DNA of 63,149 nucleotides from Patescibacteria group bacterium. Lineage in GTDB: Bacteria; Patescibacteriota; Minisyncoccia; Phycocordibacterales; EsbW-18. How positions within the stretch are numbered: the first letter of the stretch is position 1; every line of letters begins with the position of its first letter. The translations under genes and the position numbers were made by a program. Positions 34,581-41,527 of this stretch are shown here, piece after piece. Where the stretch lies: NCBI GenBank assembly GCA_038064475.1, contig JBBTTA010000007.1:1-63149 (forward strand), read 5' to 3'. The notes under the pieces are model-generated. The model had not been told where the DNA came from. It saw nothing but the letters and a program-made list of their open reading frames with translations, and did no database searches.

Positions 34581-35180
34581 ATGAGTTGGATGACCAAGGA
34601 TTGGACGCAGGGCGAGCTGAATGCGCTGGTGAAGAAGATCGGCGGCGAGGAAGTCGCTCGCGGCGTCCTCAACGACAGCCTTCTCTTCAAGATCGAGAAG
34701 TCGACGGTTCCGCCTCTTCTCGACGTCATCGGTACTCACCTCGTGTTGGCGACCACCTCGCCGATTTTCGGGATCGAGAAGTTCAAGCTGAAGAAGGACG
34801 GGGGAATCTGCTCCTACCTCGGCGACAATTTCCGCTCCTGGTTCCTCGGAAAGACCGAGGACCCCAAGAGCGAGACCACGCTCCGCTCCGCCAGACTCAC
34901 AAGGAACTCGCCCGACAAGCCAATCCTCGAGACGCTCGGCGACAAGGCGGAGACCAGTCTCGCGGAGATGTTCGCGATGATGGAAGTGCAGGCTGATGGT
35001 AAGGGGGGCAACCTCCTCGTCAACGGCTACGCCAACATCTTCTACGTGAAGGACTCCACCGGCATGCTTCGCGCGGTCTACGCGCACTGGTTCGGCGTGG
35101 GCTGGGGCGTGCACGCGGGCTCCGTCGGGGGCCCGAGCGGGTGGCGCGACGGCGGTCGGGTCTTCTCTCGCAATTCCTGA
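34581..35180 (+). CDS. Hypothetical 199-aa protein, strongly G/C-rich at third positions (SD-led cassette)
   Basis: CAAGGAGAACACC-ATG inside track ORF 34548..35180. Codon usage is unlike that of neighbouring r-protein genes. No family recognised. Confidence 0.7.
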   Translation: MSWMTKDWTQGELNALVKKIGGEEVARGVLNDSLLFKIEKSTVPPLLDVIGTHLVLATTSPIFGIEKFKLKKDGGICSYLGDNFRSWFLGKTEDPKSETTLRSARLTRNSPDKPILETLGDKAETSLAEMFAMMEVQADGKGGNLLVNGYANIFYVKDSTGMLRAVYAHWFGVGWGVHAGSVGGPSGWRDGGRVFSRNS

Positions 35181-35221
35181 GGAACTAAGGCATCTTCAAG
35201 ACCCTTTGATTCTCAAACTCT

Positions 35222-35261
35222 CTGGCCCTTCGAACGCTTTCGCGTTTGAGGGGCCAGTTTT
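35222..35261 (+). terminator. Intrinsic terminator
   Basis: CTGGCCCTTCGAACGC-TTTC-GCGTTTGAGGGGCCAG followed by TTTT. Confidence 0.8.
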
Positions 35262-35326
35262 CATTTATGAACATATCAGGGACTTTTACGGAAAGGGAAT
35301 ACGATGAAGCTCAAGAACAAGCTCTT

Positions 35327-35355
35327 TTGACAAAGGACCAAGTATTTGCTATACT
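35327..35355 (+). promoter_or_regulatory. Sigma70-type promoter re-initiating the rpsN unit
   Basis: TTGACA, a 17-nt spacer, then TATACT. Confidence 0.75.
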
Positions 35356-35362
35356 CCTCGTA

Positions 35363-35382
35363 GCTCTCAGGAGCGCTTTTTT
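35363..35382 (+). promoter_or_regulatory. Promoter-proximal hairpin plus U-tract
   Basis: GCTC-TCAG-GAGC followed by GCTTTTTT, 8 nt after the -10 element. Confidence 0.45.
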
Positions 35383-35481
35383 ATCCAGCACTTAGTTTGG
35401 CATTGTCTTTCCCGGTTGCGGTTTGACCACAAAACGTGGTTAAAAAAGACAGATGCAACTATGCCAAACTAAGTGCTGGAT
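35383..35481 (+). promoter_or_regulatory. Long structured leader upstream of rpsN-rpsH
   Basis: A perfect 21-bp inverted repeat, ATCCAGCACTTAGTTTGGCAT / ATGCCAAACTAAGTGCTGGAT, encloses inner helices TGTCTTT/AAAGACA and ACCAC/GTGGT. It ends 13 nt before the ATG. Confidence 0.7.
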
Positions 35482-35494
35482 TTATCGAAATACC

Positions 35495-35764
35495 ATGGCT
35501 CGCAAAGCAATCATCGCAAGAGACAAGAAGCGAAAAGTAATGATTGAGCGTGCGAAAGACAAGCGGGAGGCCCTCAAAATGGCCCACGACTACGAAAAAT
35601 TGCAGTCGTTGCGCAAAAACGCATCTCCAGTCCGCACTAAGAATCGTTGCTTTAAATGTGGTCGTCCACGTGCATACATGCGCGATTTTGGATTGTGCCG
35701 CATCTGTTTCCGCGAACTCGCGAACAAAGGTATGATTCCAGGTGTTAAGAAGTCATCATGGTAA
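35495..35764 (+). CDS. rpsN: 30S ribosomal protein S14 (89 aa, retains CxxC..CxxC)
   Basis: [13 protein letters not shown]...[23 protein letters not shown]. Internal ATG of track ORF 35453. Confidence 0.95.
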   Translation: MARKAIIARDKKRKVMIERAKDKREALKMAHDYEKLQSLRKNASPVRTKNRCFKCGRPRAYMRDFGLCRICFRELANKGMIPGVKKSSW

Positions 35765-36150
35765 CCGATCCAATCTCAAACTTCATCATCAGCCTCAAGA
35801 ATGCAGCGAACACAGGAAAGCCTCTCGTTCGTGTTCCGCACTCTCGCATGAAGCAATCTATTGCTGAAGTGCTTGAGCGCGAGGGCTTCATCGCTTCGAT
35901 TGATCGCAAGGGTAAAAAAGCGCGTACGTTCATCGAAGTTGAACTCGCATTTGATAATGGAATTCCTCGTGTGCACGACGTGAAGCGTCTTTCAAAGCCT
36001 TCAAAGCGTGTGTACTACTCAGTGCGCGACATTGTTCCTGTAAAGAATGGCTACGGTCACATCGTCCTTTCAACACCACAGGGAATCATGACGGGTGTTG
36101 AGGCGCGCAAAGCAAAGGTCGGCGGTGAAGCGCTTTTCCTCATCTGGTAG
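35758..36150 (+). CDS. rpsH: 30S ribosomal protein S8
   Basis: [13 protein letters not shown]...EREGFI...[20 protein letters not shown] overlap with rpsN. Confidence 0.97.
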   Translation: MVTDPISNFIISLKNAANTGKPLVRVPHSRMKQSIAEVLEREGFIASIDRKGKKARTFIEVELAFDNGIPRVHDVKRLSKPSKRVYYSVRDIVPVKNGYGHIVLSTPQGIMTGVEARKAKVGGEALFLIW

Positions 36151-36161
36151 CATGAGGAAAA

Positions 36162-36271
36162 ACACGAAGCACTAAATTCGAAATCCGAAACAAATATGAA
36201 ATCGAAAATTCAAAATAAAAAGAAAACAGAATTCATGAATCTTTTTCGGATTTCGATATTCGGATTTCGAG
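36162..36271 (+). repeat. About 110-nt intergenic repeat element, copy 2 (upstream of rplF)
   Basis: AACACGAAGCAC..TCGAAATCCGAAA..TTCGGATTTCGATATTCGGATTTCGA. The left and right arms are inverted copies of the TTCGGATTTCGA unit. Confidence 0.85.
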
Positions 36272-36283
36272 ATTAATACATTT

Positions 36284-36820
36284 ATGTCACGAATCGGCAA
36301 ACAAAAAATCGCTCTTCCACAAGGCACAACAGCAACTGTTGATGGGTTGACGGTAACCGTAAAAGGTCCGTTGGGAGAACTCACACGTACATTTACACCA
36401 CAGATTGTCATTCACCTTTCTCCCGAAGAAGGTCTTTCAGTTACACCAGTGAAAGAATCACAAGAAGTATCTGCAATTTGGGGAACAACAGCAGCACACC
36501 TCGCAAACATGGTAGCCGGCGTCAACAAGGCATACGTTAAGAAACTCATTCTCGAAGGTGTTGGTTATCGCGTTGAATTGAAGGGAACACAGCTCGTTAT
36601 GCAGCTCGGTTTCTCACACCCTGTTCTACTCGACATTCCAAAAGGCATTACGGCGACTGTTGATAAGAACAACATCACTATTTCAGGATTTGATAAGGAA
36701 CTTGTTGGTCAGTTTGCAGCCCTCATTCGTGATCAGAAAAAACCTGAACCGTACAAGGGTAAGGGCATGCGTTACGATGACGAAATAATTCGCCGCAAGG
36801 AAGGTAAGCGCGCTGCCTAA
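36284..36820 (+). CDS. rplF: 50S ribosomal protein L6
   Basis: MSRIGKQKIALPQG..V..GPLGEL...GVGYR..PEPYKGKG.RY. Confidence 0.97.
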   Translation: MSRIGKQKIALPQGTTATVDGLTVTVKGPLGELTRTFTPQIVIHLSPEEGLSVTPVKESQEVSAIWGTTAAHLANMVAGVNKAYVKKLILEGVGYRVELKGTQLVMQLGFSHPVLLDIPKGITATVDKNNITISGFDKELVGQFAALIRDQKKPEPYKGKGMRYDDEIIRRKEGKRAA

Positions 36821-36823
36821 CGC

Positions 36824-36848
36824 AGAATCAAGAAGTTAGAATCAAGAA
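36824..36848 (+). repeat. (AGAATCAAGAA)x2 word array
   Basis: AGAATCAAGAA occurs at 36824-36834 and 36838-36848, directly upstream of the rplR ATG. Confidence 0.85.
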
Positions 36849-36850
36849 TC

Positions 36851-37189
36851 ATGGAAACAAAACGAACAAAACGAATACGACGACACGCTCGAGTCCGCTC
36901 TCAAATTAAGGGGACACCAAAGCGTCCACGTTTGGCAGTATTCAAATCAAATCGCTTTGTGTACGCACAGGTGATTGATGACACAAAAGGTGTCACACTT
37001 CTCTCAGCAACGTCACAGGGCATGAAAGGAATACCTTTGAAGAATGCACGTGCTGTCGGTGAGGCAATCGCAAAAGCAACACTTGCAAAGAAAATCGATA
37101 CAGTTGTCTTCGATCGTGGGGGATTCCGCTATGGAGGATCGATCAAAGAAATTGCAGACGGTGCACGTGAAGGAGGATTGAAATTTTAA
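36851..37189 (+). CDS. rplR: 50S ribosomal protein L18
   Basis: RRHARVRSQI.G...PRLAVFKSNRFVYAQVIDD...FDRGGFRYGG. Confidence 0.97.
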   Translation: METKRTKRIRRHARVRSQIKGTPKRPRLAVFKSNRFVYAQVIDDTKGVTLLSATSQGMKGIPLKNARAVGEAIAKATLAKKIDTVVFDRGGFRYGGSIKEIADGAREGGLKF

Positions 37190-37198
37190 TATACGAGT

Positions 37199-37891
37199 AT
37201 GACGGACGAAACAAACACAAAAATAAACGAAGGAGACGAAACAATTCCGCCTGCGGAAGGTGTTGACGTGCCTGTTGAGGCCGTTGCTGCCGTTGCTGCT
37301 GTTGTGGCAGAAGTTTCCGCACCACGCGAAGAGGAAGCCCCTCGTGGCCGTGGACGTTTCTCAAAGAATCCTCGTCGTGCATCTCGTTCACGTCCTGAAC
37401 GCGTGAAGCCAGAATTCGACAGCCGTATCATCGACATTCGTCGTGTGACACGTGTGGTTGCTGGTGGTCGCCGTTTTAGCTTCAGTGTCTGTGTTGTTGC
37501 GGGTAACCGCCGTGGTTCAGTTGGGGTTGGTATGGGAAAGGCAGGTGACACAGCACTCGCTGTGGAAAAGGCATACCGCACCGCACTCAAGCATAGGGTG
37601 ACGGTCCCTCTTACAAAGGACGGAACAATTGCTCACGAAGTGAAAGCAAAGTACTCAAGCGGTATTGTCTTCATCTACCCAGCAATCGGACGCGGAGTTG
37701 TTGCCGGAGGTGCAGTGCGTGACGTGCTTGAGCTTGCCGGCATGCACAACATCGGTGCAAAGATTCTCTCACCATCAAAAAACAAATTGAATATTGCACA
37801 AGCAGCGATTAAGGCATTGAGCATGGCTCGTCCTGCAAAAGAAAACAAGCGCGACACCAATACACGAATGAAAACGAATGACACGAATTAA
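37199..37891 (+). CDS. rpsE: 30S ribosomal protein S5 with N- and C-terminal extensions
   Basis: IIDIRRVTRVVAGGRRFSFSVCVVAGN..G.VG.G.GKA. The C-terminal tail is encoded by ACGAATG-type word repeats. Confidence 0.95.
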   Translation: MTDETNTKINEGDETIPPAEGVDVPVEAVAAVAAVVAEVSAPREEEAPRGRGRFSKNPRRASRSRPERVKPEFDSRIIDIRRVTRVVAGGRRFSFSVCVVAGNRRGSVGVGMGKAGDTALAVEKAYRTALKHRVTVPLTKDGTIAHEVKAKYSSGIVFIYPAIGRGVVAGGAVRDVLELAGMHNIGAKILSPSKNKLNIAQAAIKALSMARPAKENKRDTNTRMKTNDTN

Positions 37892-37927
37892 AACATCAAA
37901 CTTTCAAACTTCTAACTAATACCTACC

Positions 37928-38356
37928 ATGCAGCTACACGAACTCAAACGAACAACAAAGAATCGATCAAAGAAGCGCGTCGGACGTGGTGGTAAGCGCG
38001 GTAAGACATCAGGACGTGGTCACAAGGGGCAGAAGGCACGTTCAGGTCACCGCATTCGTCCAGAAATCCGCGATATGATTAAGAAGATTCCAAAGCAACG
38101 TGGATACGGTAAACACCGTGCAACAAGCGTTCGTGGCGACCGCATTCCACAGGTTGTCATCAACATCGGCACAATCGACAAATACTTTGCTGACGGCGCA
38201 GTTATTTCTCCAGCAACACTCCATGAGAAAGGACTCATTAAGATGCGCACAGGTAAGTTGCCAAGCGTAAAGATTCTTGGTAAAGGAAAACTCACAAAAA
38301 AGGTAACATATGAGGGGGTGAAGCTCTCAGGAAAAGTAAGCGGAGCAACAAAATAA
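37928..38356 (+). CDS. rplO: 50S ribosomal protein L15
   Basis: MQLHELK....RSKKRVGRGG..GKTSGRGHKGQKARSG. Confidence 0.97.
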   Translation: MQLHELKRTTKNRSKKRVGRGGKRGKTSGRGHKGQKARSGHRIRPEIRDMIKKIPKQRGYGKHRATSVRGDRIPQVVINIGTIDKYFADGAVISPATLHEKGLIKMRTGKLPSVKILGKGKLTKKVTYEGVKLSGKVSGATK

Positions 38357-38360
38357 TTCT

Positions 38361-39632
38361 ATGGACGGTTTTCTTCAAAAAATACACACAATCTTCGGTG
38401 ACCGTCAGCTTCGCAATCGCATCCTCTTTGTCTTGGGGGCGCTTCTCCTTACACGTCTTCTTTCGGCAATTCCAATTCCAGGTATCGACACGATTGCGCT
38501 TGAGCAATTTATTGCCAACAACCAATTCTTTGGGTTGGTGAACCTTTTCTCAGGGGGAGGTCTTTCAGGACTTTCAATTGTGATGCTCGGTGTTGGTCCC
38601 TACATTACTGCGTCAATCATCATGCAGCTTTTGACGCTTGTATCTCCTCGTTTGAAATCAATGTACCACGAGGAAGGGGAAGCAGGACGTCGCAAAGCAT
38701 CTCAGTACGCACGCACGCTCACGATTCCATTGGCAGCACTTCAGGCTTTTGGTTTCATCACACTTTTCCAGCGCAACGGTATTATTCCGCCATTGGAAAT
38801 ATTTGATCTTGTGGCGAACGTTATCATCATTACAGGTGGTGCGCTTCTCTTGATGTGGATCGGTGAACTTATTGGTGAGTTTGGTATCGGCAACGGCATG
38901 TCAATCGTTATCTTCTCAGGTATCGTCGCAAGCCTCCCAGGCGCATTACAGCGTGTTGCACTTTCATTCACACCAGATCAGATTCCGATGTACCTTGGTT
39001 TCGCGCTTGTCGCACTGCTTGTTATTCTCGGCGTTGTTATCGTCACCGAAGCAGAACGTCCGATACCGGTGACGTATGCAAAACGCATGCGTGGCAACAA
39101 GGTGTACGGCGGTGTCTCAACATACATTCCACTTCGCGTGAACCAAGCCGGCGTGATGCCAATCATCTTTGCGCTTTCAATTCTTCTCTTCCCACAAATG
39201 ATTGTGAACTTCCTTGCGAACTCAACAAACGCAATCATACAGGGTGTCTCAGCATTTATTTCAAATGTGCTTGCAAACCAAATGCTCTACGGTATCTTGT
39301 ACTTCGGTTTGGTATTCCTCTTCACGTACTTCTACACGGCGGTAACGTTTGATCCAGATGCAATCTCACAAAACCTCCAGCGTAGCGGTGCATTTATCCC
39401 AGGTGTACGCCCCGGCCAATCAACAGCACAGTACATCGGAGATATTTTGACTCGATTGACGCTTCTCGGCGCGCTCTTCTTGAGTACTATTGCTATCTTG
39501 CCGCTCCTTATGCAGTCAGCAACAGGGATCACGACGCTTGCAATTGGTGGTACAGGGGTGCTCATCGTTGTATCAGTGGTTATTGATCTTCTTAAAAAGG
39601 TTGAGGCACAGATCACAATGCGCGAATACTAA
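38361..39632 (+). CDS. secY: Preprotein translocase subunit SecY
   Basis: Ten TM segments. LF.GG.L...SI..LG..PYITASIIMQLL. Confidence 0.97.
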   Translation: MDGFLQKIHTIFGDRQLRNRILFVLGALLLTRLLSAIPIPGIDTIALEQFIANNQFFGLVNLFSGGGLSGLSIVMLGVGPYITASIIMQLLTLVSPRLKSMYHEEGEAGRRKASQYARTLTIPLAALQAFGFITLFQRNGIIPPLEIFDLVANVIIITGGALLLMWIGELIGEFGIGNGMSIVIFSGIVASLPGALQRVALSFTPDQIPMYLGFALVALLVILGVVIVTEAERPIPVTYAKRMRGNKVYGGVSTYIPLRVNQAGVMPIIFALSILLFPQMIVNFLANSTNAIIQGVSAFISNVLANQMLYGILYFGLVFLFTYFYTAVTFDPDAISQNLQRSGAFIPGVRPGQSTAQYIGDILTRLTLLGALFLSTIAILPLLMQSATGITTLAIGGTGVLIVVSVVIDLLKKVEAQITMREY

Positions 39633-39735
39633 AATCACGTGGCACGAAACACGTAGCACATAACAAAAACAGGACGCAGACAAACGCGGATAATGAAAAC
39701 AAAAAGTTCCTCAGTCAAAGATTTTTGAAAGCACG

Positions 39736-39757
39736 AAAACCGCCTGTTGGCGGTTTT
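39736..39757. terminator. Bidirectional terminator
   Basis: AAAACCGCC-TGTT-GGCGGTTTT between secY and the convergent ORF. Confidence 0.8.
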
Positions 39758-39778
39758 TGCTTGAAGCAAGAGCGGTGA

Positions 39779-39991
39779 CTAATGAGATCCGAGGACTATC
39801 ATGATTTCACGATAGCCACTAAACATCTTGCCGTCGACTGTTGCAAATGGCTGTTTTGAGAAGGTCGTTCTTCTCTCAACACGGTAACCCTTGTTTTCAA
39901 TTGACTGGGCGAGAACATCTATTCGCGCCGCATCCTCACCCCAAAGTGTAACAGTCATCAGCTTTTCTTCTTTGTCTGTTTTAGTTGGCAT
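39779..39991 (-). CDS. Glutaredoxin/NrdH-fold-like 70-aa protein lacking the CxxC
   Basis: GAGGAGAGTGCG-ATG on the reverse strand, at an internal Met of track ORF 39779..40051. VTLWGEDAARIDVL...KGY.VE....PFATVDGKMFSGY resembles a thioredoxin fold without redox cysteines. Confidence 0.5.
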   Translation of the reverse strand: MPTKTDKEEKLMTVTLWGEDAARIDVLAQSIENKGYRVERRTTFSKQPFATVDGKMFSGYREIMIVLGSH

Positions 39992-40155
39992 CGCACTCTC
40001 CTCAGTAGTCTTTTCTATATACAAGACTACCTTCTTACTGGAAATATGCAATATTAGGAAGGAGCCAATGGAAGGCGTTGCCTTGCCTGTTTCCTGGGAT
40101 ATATCGCAGGAAACACTCTTGATTCATGATTCTTAATTCCTGATTCTTTGCTATT

Positions 40156-40758
40156 ATGGGTTTCATGACCGCCCCCTTCATACTTTTCTTGGGAAAACCC
40201 GGTTCAGGCAAAGGTACCCAAGCGGAACTTCTTGCAACGAAAACGGGTTTTTCTCTTTTTAAAACAAGCGCACAACTACGCGAACTTGCAGAGAAGAACG
40301 TGCATCTCCACGACAAGATTCTTGATGCGATGAAGAATGGACATTTGGTTCCGTCGTGGCTCGTGATGTATTTATGGCTCAAGGATGAACTCGAGAGCTC
40401 TGACATGAAAGGGGGCATCATTGATGGGGCAGTGCGACATGAAGAGGAAGCACTCTTATTCCATGACGTTGCGACATGGTTCGATCGTCCCTACGTTGTG
40501 CTTTTTTTGAGTGTGTCGGATGAAGAAATGAAAAAGCGTATCGAGAAACGCGCAACAATTGAGAATCGTACGGACGATACAAAAGAAGCGCTCATGAAAC
40601 GTATGCAGGAATATGATGAGCACACACAACCTGCGATATCTTTTTTCAAAAATAAAGGACTCTTTTTTGAAGTTGACGGCGAAGGATCAATTGAAGCTAT
40701 TCACGATCGCGTGATAAAGACAGTACATGAGCGTTTTCCTGATTTGTCTCATGAGTAA
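40156..40758 (+). CDS. adk: Adenylate kinase
   Basis: GKPGSGKGTQ P-loop, G.LVP, and DG..R motifs. Confidence 0.88.
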   Translation: MGFMTAPFILFLGKPGSGKGTQAELLATKTGFSLFKTSAQLRELAEKNVHLHDKILDAMKNGHLVPSWLVMYLWLKDELESSDMKGGIIDGAVRHEEEALLFHDVATWFDRPYVVLFLSVSDEEMKKRIEKRATIENRTDDTKEALMKRMQEYDEHTQPAISFFKNKGLFFEVDGEGSIEAIHDRVIKTVHERFPDLSHE

Positions 40759-41518
40759 TATCAAAACAGCAGAAGAAATTGAAGTACTGCGCGAGGCGGG
40801 CCGCCGCCTCGCGCGTGTTATGGAAGAGTTACGCAAAGCTGTTCGTCCAGGGATTTCAACGTTTGAACTTGACGCACTTGGCGAAAAACTTATTCGTGAT
40901 GGCGGAGACACACCGGCATTTAAAAACTACAAACCGCAGGGTGCACGTATCGCATTTCCTGCGACAGTGTGCATTTCAATAAACAACGAAGCGGTGCATG
41001 GTATCCCAAAAAAAGAGCGCACGCTTGAGACCGGCGACATTGTAAGCCTCGACGCCGGCCTCATACATCAGGGCCTTATTTCTGATATGTGTATTACGGT
41101 ACCCGTTGGTGCAATCGATGCAACGGCACACACACTTATTGAAACGACACGAGAAGCACTTATGGCTGGTATTGCCGCGGCACGTGGTGGTGCACAGACG
41201 GGAGACATTGGTGCAGCAATTGAAAAAGTAATTTCCGGATCAGGTTTTGCAATCGTGAAAGAATTAGGAGGACATGGTGTTGGGCACAACGTGCACGAAG
41301 AACCGCATATTGCGCACTTTGGAAAACAAGGAACAGGTAAAATGCTCCTACCCGGTATGGTAATCACTATCGAGCCGACGATTTCGGAAGGAACAGGTGA
41401 AGTACTATTGGGAAAAGATAGATTTACCTACGAGACAGTTGATGGCGCACGTACGGCACAGTTTGAGCACACTATTGTTATCACCGACGGAGAACCAGAA
41501 ATACTGACGGTGGTGTAG
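40751..41518 (+). CDS. map: Type I methionine aminopeptidase
   Basis: IKTAEEIEVLREAG...HGIP...D.G....G...D...T..VG...GHG.G...HE.P. Overlaps the adk stop by 8 nt. Confidence 0.93.
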   Translation: MSNIKTAEEIEVLREAGRRLARVMEELRKAVRPGISTFELDALGEKLIRDGGDTPAFKNYKPQGARIAFPATVCISINNEAVHGIPKKERTLETGDIVSLDAGLIHQGLISDMCITVPVGAIDATAHTLIETTREALMAGIAAARGGAQTGDIGAAIEKVISGSGFAIVKELGGHGVGHNVHEEPHIAHFGKQGTGKMLLPGMVITIEPTISEGTGEVLLGKDRFTYETVDGARTAQFEHTIVITDGEPEILTVV

Positions 41519-41527
41519 AATAAAGGG

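Noticed and set aside
34530-35114. 194-aa minus-strand ORF and 151-aa alternative plus-frame ORF over the GC-rich cassette.
   Set aside because: These are typical stop-codon-poor shadow frames of a high-GC3 gene. Only frame 34581-35180 has an SD, a promoter, a terminator and third-position G/C bias.
22788-40150. CRISPR array among the many short intergenic repeats.
   Set aside because: The repeat units are 7-14 nt, occur in only 2-4 tandem copies and have no unique spacers of regular length. No cas genes are present in the window.
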